NCBI GenBank assembly: GCA_964608675.1
Contig: CAZSOZ010000003.1
Location: 1 to 64,000 of the forward strand
Length of the DNA: 64,000 bases
Direction: 5' to 3'
From: an uncultured archaeon
GTDB lineage: Archaea; Iainarchaeota; Iainarchaeia; Iainarchaeales; 1-14-0-10-31-34
Shown: piece after piece, positions 1-9,600 of the stretch
Position numbering within the stretch: the stretch's first letter is position 1
Layout: the number at the start of each line of letters is the position of its first letter
Made by a program: the position numbers and the translations under genes
The notes under the pieces: generated by a model
What the model was told of the DNA's origin: nothing
The model's database searches: none
The model's input: the letters and a program-made list of their open reading frames with translations, nothing else

Positions 1-13
1 TTTTTTTTTTTTT

Positions 14-3000
14 TTATTTAATGCATTTCTCTTGTATTTCTTTTGATTCTTTTATTGAATCAAGTGAATCATCTACTTTTTCAGGGTTCCAGAAAAAGAA
101 AGCATAAGCTGAATTGTCTCCTCCGCCTACACATACGTCTTCTGATTTAACTAAATCAAATATTTTTTGCAGGGAAGTTATTTCAGTACTTGAAACCCCG
201 TTTAATGGAACAAATGCATTCAAGCTTGAATCTTGTTCTATTGAAGCTGAATCATTTGGAACAGTTATTATTGTTTTATTGCTTGCGCTAATTAATTCTA
301 TTCTTGAATCTGATTCAAGCGGAGTAAATAATAGTGTTTCAAGCCAGAATTTTCCTGTTTTAATTGGATTATTCCATACCCATCCGTAAGCATAAGCTTT
401 GCTTCCTGATGTAATTACTCCTCCTTCTGCTTCTTTGCTTAATCCATACACGTCAAATGTTTCTGAATACTTTAATGAACTTTTGTCTTCAAAGTCTTTG
501 CAGTTTGCATTTAATCCAGTCCATTTTGTTAGTCCCTGGCTTCCTGTCTTTTGAGGCTGTCCGTCAACTGTAACTGCATAAAACACGTATTCGTTTTCTT
601 GTGCGCTTTCGTTTGTTCTTGTCATTTCAAGAAGTACAGGAGTAGGTTTTGAAGGAGTGTAAATTAATAAAGTTGAATTGCTTGTTCTTTGGAATTCCAT
701 TATTTTTCCTCTTTGATCTATGTTTGTTTTTTTGAAGTCTGTTTCATAATAAGTTTTTAGTGTTTGTATTGGCACTGCAACAGGAATTGGAATTGTTTTA
801 ATTGCTCTGTCTGTGTCGTTGATTTTGATTTCTGTTCCCATAATATTTTCGTAGTCTATTCCGTAGTCAATTCTTCCGTTTTCAGAATTAATTCCTATTT
901 CTCCGTCAAACGGCAGATAATACAACGGCGAAGTAGGCTGAGCTGACTTTAATTTATTTAAATGAATTATTATTTTTGCGTTTGGAGTGTTTCCTTCAAA
1001 TAAATTCCATGTCTGGTTTTCGTAATTTATTTCTATGTCAACTTTGTATAATCCTGGAGACATAAGAGGCTGGTTTGGCGCTCCATCATAATCAAAGTCA
1101 AACAAATCTTGGTTTTTAAAGTATTCTCCTATTCCTGTTTGTTGTCCTTCTTCATAATAATAAGTTGGGGCATCAAAGAATGAAATGTTTACTGCATAAT
1201 CGTGGAAGTCTTCCTGAAAGTCTTTTGAGTAACCATCTTTCATTAAATATGACCTAAAACTAATTAAATCTGTTATTTTTTGTTTTGATGCAATTGGAGT
1301 TCCTTCTGCTTCTGCTTTTTGCATTAATTCTGATAAATCCATAGTTGAACAGTTTTCAGTGCATTCAATTGATTCTGATTCAAGCAAGTCAGTTAATTCA
1401 TTTATTTTTTTCAGTAATTCAATTGAAAACTGTGTGGCATCACAGTAAATATAGTTTTCGTTTTCTATATCGCATGCATCTTTGTCTATTTGGCTCCATC
1501 TCCAGTCTAATTTTATTTTTGGCAGAGCTTGTGCTCCTGTTTGTCCTGTCATTTCTCCAAGCCTGCATGATTCAAATCCTAACGGTCCTGGAAGAATGTT
1601 TTCATCGTAATCAAATGAATTAAACTGAAGCCTGTGATATTGATTAATTTCATTTCTTTCGCTTGTTTTTTCTTTTAATGGTTTTTCAAAATCATAGTCT
1701 GTTCCTCCAAATAATTTTTTAAAGAAAGTTTTGTTTTCATTAAAGTAATCTGAATCATATTTTTTTTCCCAGAATTTTTCTGTTGATTCTGTTTTTAGGA
1801 TTTTCATTATTGGAGTGTTTTCGTTTTCTTGTATTATTGAGTTTTCGTTTTTGAATGTTAAATCCCAGCAGTCAATTGTTTCTCCTGTAAATGAATTAAA
1901 GCATGAAAAAGGTCCTTCTGTTATTAAAGTGATTTCTGTGTCTTCTACTTCAATTTTTTCTGTTGTATATTTTATTCCATCCAATAATTTTGTGTTCATT
2001 AAAACAATGTCTTCTGCTGTAGTGTTAATTTGTATTTCGTCTGCACCAAAATAATTAATTAAAGTTGATGCAGCAAAAGTCAAGCCGAACGCTCCGAATG
2101 GATTAATGCTTCCGAAAATGCTTGGAAGAAGGTTTCCTAATCCAAGTAATTTTCCTATATCTCCAAGGCCTCCTATTAAGAGTCCGGTAGGCTGTGCCAA
2201 TACAGCCAAAGTTACGCTTCCTTTAGGTGTTCCATCATCGTTTAAGTCTCCATCATCGTTTAAGTCTTGTTCTTTATTTTGTCCTTGGAATGCTATGGAA
2301 CCCCCGAATGCAAGTATTGCCGGCAGAAAGGCTTTTCTCATTGCCAGACTCCAATCCTGTGTGTCAACTGTAATTTCAATCGGTTTTTCTGAACAATAAT
2401 TATATAATTGCGCTGTATCATATCCGTCATATAATTCGTTTGGGTCATCATAAATGTCAAATTCATATCTGCTTAATTCAATGCACGAATCTTCAAAGAC
2501 TGTTGCATAAACGTTTTCTAATTCTGTTTTTGTCTGCAGTGCGTTTCCTTTTGCTTGAATTTTAATTACAAATCTTCCTGAATATTCTCCTTTTGTGTCA
2601 ACTGTAATTTCTTTGTTTGCCTGTGAACCTAAACTGAATCTTTCCACATTGGTTTTTAGTTCTGAATCCAAAGTAAAGTCCACTGAATTTCCGCATCCAA
2701 GGGTTTCAATTTTAAATGAAGCAGTTTCACCTTTTTTTATGTTTAATTCAGTTGGAGTGATTTCAATACAGTCCTCTAAGTTAATTATTTTTATTTTTGT
2801 GTTAATTGAATCTGAAAGGAATTCGTCTTTTCCGTCTAATTCATTTCTTGCTCTTATTTCTATTTCTGCTTGAGCGTTTCCGTTTACTCCTCCGTTGGGT
2901 TCAAATGAAAGAACTGCTGTTGCTTTTTTGTTTGGAAGAATGTCAACAAGTTTTTTGTAGTAAGCTGATCTTAATTCAACCGGATTGTCTTCTAAAGTCA

Positions 3001-6000
3001 GAGTGTATGTTCCTAAATGATTGGTTTTCCAGTTAACTATTGCTTCTAAGTCTTTTAATTCAATTGGATTTCCTTCTATTGTACAGGAATTTTCTATTGA
3101 AAAATTCACTGAAACTTTTTGTCCTTCTGTTCCTGTTTTCCATTCTTTTGTTTCAACTGTCAGGCAGTTAGGATTGTCTGCTTCTCCGCCTACGCCAATT
3201 GAAATTTTTGCAGGAATTTCTTCAGTCCATACAGCTGTTCCGTTTGAAAACTCTAATTCTAAGTCAAGTTCAACTATGTCTCTTTCTGCTCTTTTTATTG
3301 CATAATCAGATAAAATTGCTTTTGCTTCAATGTTTTCAAATAATTTTGAAGGAACTTTAATTCCTTGATAATTTGTTTTCATCCAGGCATTCATTGCACT
3401 CAAGTCAAGCAGTCCTCTTGTGTTTCCTATGAATTTAATTGAATTCAAAGTTAAATCAAATTCAAGCAAATTTTCTATTTTTAATCCAAAAATGTCTTCA
3501 GGATTCTTTTTTGTATTAAGGCTTATTCCGATTCTTTCAGGAGAGATTTCAACTATTTTTTCATTAACTGGAATTTCTTTTTCTAAAACCTGATATTTTT
3601 GTTTTGATACTCTTGCAGTTAATTTTGTGTCAGGAGCTTGTCCTGGAATTTCAAGTATTGCTTTTCCTAGTTCATCAGTTAAAACAGGCCCTGCAATCAA
3701 GTCATCAAATCTATCAATGACTTTTATTTCTGCATTTCTTACTTCTGTTCCTGTTTCATAATTTCTTGCAGTCAATTCAATTGTGTTTGTTGTAGTTGAA
3801 GGAATTATTTCTGGTTCAATTTCCAAAGAAAATTGTTCTGGTGCTTTTATTTCTAAGGGAATTTCTTTTTCAAAAACTATTTCCTGACTTGAAACAATCT
3901 GAATTACAATTGTTCCGGGTTGTGATTCCTGTGTAATAAAATTTATTTCTCCGGTTACATGAGTATTTGGATTAAAATCTCCTAAATCAATCCAGGGAAT
4001 TTCTTGTTCATCAGCAAACCCTGTTCTGGTTAATGAATCAGCATTCTTTATTTTGTAATCCAAAAAATTAAGCATTTCTTCAGGATTAAAAACCTGTATT
4101 CTTGCATCATAATGTTTTCTGCTTTTATTGTTGTTCAGTACATCAAACCATAATTTATATTCCTGCAGGATGTTTGTAGAATAAGCTGAATTGGTTACGC
4201 TTTCAATTAAGTTTTCTTCTAAGTCTGTTATTGTTGCAGTAAAACAAAATTCATCTGAACACAATACATTTGTTCCAACAGTGTAAGTTTTTTGTTTTAC
4301 TGCTGCATTTAATTCTTCTCCTGCACTTATTTCAACATCTGTTGGATTTCTTTCTGTTTTTCCTGCTTGTTTTGCGTAAGCCCTGTAGCTTAACTGAAGT
4401 TCTTCTCCAAGCAAAGCATTTTGTTTTACATACAATACTGCTTCAATTTCATATACTCCGTTTTCAGGAGCAATCCACGATGAATTAAACCATTTTGCGT
4501 TTCCTTCTGTCTGGCTTGCTTTTGTTTCCTCTAAGTTTTCTTCATTAAACAAAGTGAATTTTTTTGTTATTGCATTTGATGCATTAACTTTTTTCACTAT
4601 AATTGAATCGTTTTCCATGAAAACATCTTTTCCTGTCCTGAAATGAATTCCTGCTTCACTGTAATCTTTTCCTTCAGGCAGAATCAAATAAATTTTTGCA
4701 TTATACTCTTGTTTTCTTTCCAAAGAAGAAACTTCATGAACTTTTTCTTCTTTTGAATATAATCCAATCAAATTTATTTCAGGGCCCTCCATTCTTTTTT
4801 CAGGAATCATTTTTATTGTTTCATTTATTGTTTCGTTTCCAAATACAGCGTGACTTTTGCTATGATACAAAAAATAATCTTCTTTTTTTACTTCAAAGAA
4901 AACTTTTTTGTCTGCTTTGGTTGTAAAACTTATGTTTCCGTCTGCATCTGTTTTGAATGCACCTAATTCTTTTACTGTTCCTTCTTCAAAAAAAGTCACT
5001 GTGGAAAAAGGAATTGAATTGTTTTCCTGGTCAACTATCTTTAAATTAATTTTTCCTTCAGGAATTATCATTACTGCAGTTAATTCAATTGCATCAGCGT
5101 TTCTTCTGTCATAAAGTGTTTCATCACTCCATCCAGATGAAGTTCCTTTGTATGCAAAAGCTTTATAGAAACCGTTTTCTACTCTTTTGAATTTTGCTGT
5201 TCCGTTTTCGTCAGTTATTTTTTCTCCTAATCCTGTTAAAAAAATTTTTTCATTTTCAACTGAATACAATGCAATTTTTGCATTCCTTATAGGAACCTGT
5301 TTTTCTCCGTCAATTGTGATTGCCCTTACTTTTAGTGTGCCTGCATTTGTTCCAGTAAATTTTTCTAATTCAATTGTATAACTGCTGTCTGCATACAACG
5401 GCCCGGTTTTTTTAACTAAATAAACTTCATTATCTAATACTGCAGTGTATTCTGCTGTTTCATCTTTTACTTTGAATTCTGCTGTTCCATCAGAATCTGT
5501 TGTTCTTTCTTTTATTATTCTATCTGCATCATACAAACTGACTTGTGTTTCAGGCAGTTCAACCTGCGTGTCTTTGTCTACTGCAGTTATTGTTATTGTT
5601 CCTGTTCCTATTCCTGTTTCCTGCATTTCAATTCTTATTGTTTGGTTTTCAGAAAAACTGTAAAGATTTCTGCTTTCTTCATAATGCTGTCCTGAATCAT
5701 CAAATGCTTTTATTATATAGTCTCCTGCTTCTAATTCAAATACTGCTCTTCCATTTGAAGTAAATGAACTGTCAGTAAAAACTGGTTCAGGGTTGCTGTC
5801 ATATAAAGCATAAACTTTTACTTTAATGTAATCCAAAGGATTTCCTTCAAGGTTTTCAACTGAAACAGTCAAAGTATTAGTGCTGTATAATGAATCAAGG
5901 TAAATTGCATTGCTTGAATTATTTAATTCAATTGATTTTGTTTCAGAATGGTCTCCTGATACTTCTGCTGTTAAAGTTCCGCAGTTTTCTGGTTCAAATA

Positions 6001-6598
6001 CTTCTCCTTTTCCGTTGGAAACAGTTATTGTTGAAGGAGGACTTGCTTCAGGATTACTGCATGAAAAATATATTGTATAGCTTCTGTCTGAAATTAATTC
6101 ATTTGAATGAGAGCTGTCATATAATTTTATTGTTCTTGTTGTTCCTTTTATTTGTTTTTTTGTTAATTCAATTTTTTTTTCTCCTTCTTCTATAAACTTG
6201 AATTCGTCAACTTTAATTTCATATCCTTCTTTGGTTACTTCAAAAACTACATCTGAATTCAAGGGAACAGAAATTTTTTTTGTTTTTCCAAACGCATTGG
6301 TTTCAAGGTTTTTTGTTTCTTCGTTGAATGAAACAATTATTTTTGTGTTTCCCACTGCTTGCCCTTCTTCGTTTACAAGCTTAAAACTTAATTCTTTTTC
6401 TTCTCCTAATCCTGTTCCATAAATTGAATTTATTCCAATTAAAACCAGCAGTAAAACAACTGCAATTAAAACCATGAATGAAGGAACAAATCGGTCTATT
6501 TGGTCGGTTAACTTGTTTACCGGAATTGTTGTGCTTATTTTGTCTATTATTTCATAGTATTTGTCTTCTGCCTGGTAATACAAATCTTTTACCGCCAT
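14..6598 (-). CDS. Giant membrane-anchored surface protein (2194 aa), paralog 1; repeated carboxypeptidase-regulatory-like/Ig-like beta domains
   Basis: Long ORF with AGGTGA SD upstream. Short N-terminal segment (EDKYY..PV..D..PSF) then one TM helix; repeated 'TDxxGxAxF/A.K.GY' beta-sandwich motifs; Cys-pair-rich C-terminal half. Shares motifs (GIHFRTG, YCDATQ, LPFDG) with neighbours. Confidence 0.85.
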   Translation of the reverse strand: MAVKDLYYQAEDKYYEIIDKISTTIPVNKLTDQIDRFVPSFMVLIAVVLLLVLIGINSIYGTGLGEEKELSFKLVNEEGQAVGNTKIIVSFNEETKNLETNAFGKTKKISVPLNSDVVFEVTKEGYEIKVDEFKFIEEGEKKIELTKKQIKGTTRTIKLYDSSHSNELISDRSYTIYFSCSNPEASPPSTITVSNGKGEVFEPENCGTLTAEVSGDHSETKSIELNNSSNAIYLDSLYSTNTLTVSVENLEGNPLDYIKVKVYALYDSNPEPVFTDSSFTSNGRAVFELEAGDYIIKAFDDSGQHYEESRNLYSFSENQTIRIEMQETGIGTGTITITAVDKDTQVELPETQVSLYDADRIIKERTTDSDGTAEFKVKDETAEYTAVLDNEVYLVKKTGPLYADSSYTIELEKFTGTNAGTLKVRAITIDGEKQVPIRNAKIALYSVENEKIFLTGLGEKITDENGTAKFKRVENGFYKAFAYKGTSSGWSDETLYDRRNADAIELTAVMIIPEGKINLKIVDQENNSIPFSTVTFFEEGTVKELGAFKTDADGNISFTTKADKKVFFEVKKEDYFLYHSKSHAVFGNETINETIKMIPEKRMEGPEINLIGLYSKEEKVHEVSSLERKQEYNAKIYLILPEGKDYSEAGIHFRTGKDVFMENDSIIVKKVNASNAITKKFTLFNEENLEETKASQTEGNAKWFNSSWIAPENGVYEIEAVLYVKQNALLGEELQLSYRAYAKQAGKTERNPTDVEISAGEELNAAVKQKTYTVGTNVLCSDEFCFTATITDLEENLIESVTNSAYSTNILQEYKLWFDVLNNNKSRKHYDARIQVFNPEEMLNFLDYKIKNADSLTRTGFADEQEIPWIDLGDFNPNTHVTGEINFITQESQPGTIVIQIVSSQEIVFEKEIPLEIKAPEQFSLEIEPEIIPSTTTNTIELTARNYETGTEVRNAEIKVIDRFDDLIAGPVLTDELGKAILEIPGQAPDTKLTARVSKQKYQVLEKEIPVNEKIVEISPERIGISLNTKKNPEDIFGLKIENLLEFDLTLNSIKFIGNTRGLLDLSAMNAWMKTNYQGIKVPSKLFENIEAKAILSDYAIKRAERDIVELDLELEFSNGTAVWTEEIPAKISIGVGGEADNPNCLTVETKEWKTGTEGQKVSVNFSIENSCTIEGNPIELKDLEAIVNWKTNHLGTYTLTLEDNPVELRSAYYKKLVDILPNKKATAVLSFEPNGGVNGNAQAEIEIRARNELDGKDEFLSDSINTKIKIINLEDCIEITPTELNIKKGETASFKIETLGCGNSVDFTLDSELKTNVERFSLGSQANKEITVDTKGEYSGRFVIKIQAKGNALQTKTELENVYATVFEDSCIELSRYEFDIYDDPNELYDGYDTAQLYNYCSEKPIEITVDTQDWSLAMRKAFLPAILAFGGSIAFQGQNKEQDLNDDGDLNDDGTPKGSVTLAVLAQPTGLLIGGLGDIGKLLGLGNLLPSIFGSINPFGAFGLTFAASTLINYFGADEIQINTTAEDIVLMNTKLLDGIKYTTEKIEVEDTEITLITEGPFSCFNSFTGETIDCWDLTFKNENSIIQENENTPIMKILKTESTEKFWEKKYDSDYFNENKTFFKKLFGGTDYDFEKPLKEKTSERNEINQYHRLQFNSFDYDENILPGPLGFESCRLGEMTGQTGAQALPKIKLDWRWSQIDKDACDIENENYIYCDATQFSIELLKKINELTDLLESESIECTENCSTMDLSELMQKAEAEGTPIASKQKITDLISFRSYLMKDGYSKDFQEDFHDYAVNISFFDAPTYYYEEGQQTGIGEYFKNQDLFDFDYDGAPNQPLMSPGLYKVDIEINYENQTWNLFEGNTPNAKIIIHLNKLKSAQPTSPLYYLPFDGEIGINSENGRIDYGIDYENIMGTEIKINDTDRAIKTIPIPVAVPIQTLKTYYETDFKKTNIDQRGKIMEFQRTSNSTLLIYTPSKPTPVLLEMTRTNESAQENEYVFYAVTVDGQPQKTGSQGLTKWTGLNANCKDFEDKSSLKYSETFDVYGLSKEAEGGVITSGSKAYAYGWVWNNPIKTGKFWLETLLFTPLESDSRIELISASNKTIITVPNDSASIEQDSSLNAFVPLNGVSSTEITSLQKIFDLVKSEDVCVGGGDNSAYAFFFWNPEKVDDSLDSIKESKEIQEKCIK
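2231..2266. repeat. Perfect 18-bp tandem duplication (TCCATCATCGTTTAAGTC x2) encoding DLNDDG-DLNDDG
   Basis: Read directly in the sequence. Confidence 0.9.
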
Positions 6599-6609
6599 TT
6601 TTTCACCTT

Positions 6610-9600
6610 TTAATTTATTTCCTTCATTAATTTTGTTTTATTCCATTCAAGACTGAATTCGGTTTCGTTTGTTTCAAAACAGACATTTTCTGATTTAATG
6701 TCTGTAATCCATTTTTTAATGCTTGTCTTGCTGTTAATGCTTGGTTCTATTTCTGAACTAAATGTTGTTGTTTCAGGCAGACTGTATTCTTCTGCAGTTC
6801 CTTCATAATCAAACGCATATCCTTTCATTTCTGTTATTCCTTTATTGCAGTGTTTTGCAAAAGTGTACGCCCAGTTAACCGGAACAAAACTTAAAACTTT
6901 TTGTGTTTCTTCTGCACCAGAAGAAAAAATTACTCCAAATCTTTCTGACTTGCATTCTGAAGTATTGTTTAATTGGCTTTCTTTTTGTTTTGAGTCTTTT
7001 TTTTCTGAAGGAATCCATTCAAACAAATAATTCAATTCTTTTTCGTGTCCTGCGCTTAATCCTATTCTTTTGTCTTCGTCTTCTTTTGCTCCTTTAATTA
7101 AATCATAAAAAACTCCTTTTTGTCCTGCAGAAGCAAGCCCTGCTTTTAATCCTATTGCTTTGGATGGAGTGAATTCAAATTCTGTTTCTGAAATATAAAT
7201 TATTCCTGCATTTCTTGTTTCAGCAAACTTTTCTTTTTTTTCTGTGTCAGTTAATTTTTTGAATGCAGTGTTTACTCCTGATTTATTTTCTTTTAAATTT
7301 ATTTCTGATGTAAGATAAATGTCATTCACACTTGAATTTAATCCATATTCTGTTCCGTATCCTTCTCTTTGAGTGAATTCGTTTACGCCTGTTTTTCCGT
7401 CAAACGGAATTTTAAACAAATAGTTTTCTGCATAAAAGGATCCAAGTTTTTCTTCCAAATTTAATTCTGTTTCAGTGTTTTTTCTTTTGTCTGCCCAGCT
7501 GTAATTCAAGACAATTTTATGTTTTCCTGATTCAAAGCTTTTATTGGGTTTTTTTGTCTTGAATTCCCATTCCTTAAAATTATGTTCTTTTGATTCAGGG
7601 TATTCTGATTCAAAGTCTTCTTTGAAGTCGTCTGTTAATCCATCTGCTTTCAAGTAAACTTCAAATTCAATGTTTTCATTATAGAATTCTTCAAGCGAAC
7701 TTACTTCAGAGATTCTTGTTTTTCCTTCTTTCATTATTTTTGTTTTTTCTTCTTCTGAAATTTCTTTTATGTTTCTTATTCCAACTTTGAATTCAATGTT
7801 TTCTTGCAGGTTTTTCATGAATGAAATATCAATTCCTGTTGTTCCTGTTGTTTTGTTTTTTACTTTGTTTATTTCGCATTCTTCTGCCTTTTCATTTAAT
7901 TTAATGCATGCTTTTAGTTTGTTTCTGAATGCTTTGTATTCATTAAAAGTAATTGCATATTTGGTTGTGCTTCTTTCTATTAAGTCTCCTCCGATATCTA
8001 TGAATTTTTCTTTGTCTATTTTGCTTGAATCAATTTCTCCTATAATTGATTCTTCGTTTAATTCAGAATTATTTTCTATTTCTGTTATTATGTCGTCAAC
8101 TAATTCATTAACTGTTTTTGCGTTTCCTGAAAGATTTCCTTCAAGCCATTCTGCAATCAAATTAATGTTAGTTAAATTTCCGGTTAATTCATTTGAATTA
8201 AATTTTTTTCCTGCAATAATTGAATTGTTTTTGTTTACAAAAAAAACAAATTCTTTTTCTGTTATATCGTCTTTTATTTTTGTCTGGTTAATTAAAAACC
8301 TGAACAAATTCTTTGAATCTTTTACGTCTTCTTCGCAGTATCCTTGGCATAAATCATCCAACTCAATTGTCTTTAATTCATTTATTCTTTCTGCTTTCTT
8401 TGTTAATTCAATTCCTAATTGTGTTGAATCACAGTAAGTTTTTCCTGTATCGCATTCTTCTGCTGAAATATTATCCCAGTCCCAATCCAATTTAATTTTA
8501 TCAAAACCATATTTTTTGAATGCTGTTTCTCCTGTGAATCCTCCTTGTTCGCATGCCTTCATTTCAGCTGGAGTTTCTTCCGGAACCAAGTATTCTGCTA
8601 TTTCTTTTATTTGATCTTCAGTTAATCCATCGCAAATTTCTTTCAGCAATAAGATTATCAGCCTGATTTTTTCTTTTCTGTCTTTTGAGTCATCATCAGT
8701 TATTTCTTTTATTTTTTCTCCTGCATCTTCTCCTTCTTTTGTTTTTGCTTTGCATTCTTCCTGTTCTGGAGTCAACGGCTTTTCAGTGCATTCATTAAAT
8801 CCTTCAATGTCTAAACATATTTCATATGGAATTGAAACAGTTCGTGTTTCTGCTGGATTAGCTCTTGAAAGCCTTAAATAAAGCGTGTTTTCTATTTTGC
8901 CTGGATTGCATGTCATGTTTCTTTTGTCAACATTAACTTTTATTTGGTCTCCGTTTTCAACTGAAAACAAAAGAATTATCCCTGAATCCAATTCAATTTT
9001 ATTGTTTATTATTCTTGAAATCCTGTCTGTGTCTCCGCAAAATTGCTTGCTTTTCTTTATTACTGTCTGTGAATCAATTTTAAGTATTCCGTTTTCAAAA
9101 ACTGCATCTTCAAAGCATCCTTTTTCATTTGTTCCGTTTTTAATTGGTTTAATAAAAGACAATGCTCCTTCTTCAATGCATTGCTGATGGGCTGTTTCAG
9201 GATTTCCAAAGTTAATTATGTCTTGTCCTGCTAAACCCCATAAATCTTCAATAATAATATCAAACGGAATTATTTCCTGTGTTCCTGTTCTATTATAAAA
9301 TGTAACCGGAAGCCTTTCTTCTGCTTCAACTGCATAATATAATCCAGTTAATTTTATTCTTAAGTTTGCTAATTCAATTAATGGATTGTCTGCATCAGGA
9401 AGATTTACTTGTTCAGGTCTGTAAGCAAGATTTTTTCTCATTCTGAATTTTAGTTCCTGAATTATTTTTCCGTCTTGGCCGGGCCTGTTAATTAACTGAA
9501 TGATTTCAATTGAATCAATTATTCCTGAATTTCCTAATTTCTTCTGCCCTTGTTCGTAATCAAAAGGAAAACCATAATTTACTGCCCCGCTTAAATCTCT

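Noticed and set aside
1-15. Poly-T run at the window start
   Set aside because: Cannot distinguish a terminator of an unseen convergent gene from an edge or low-complexity effect.
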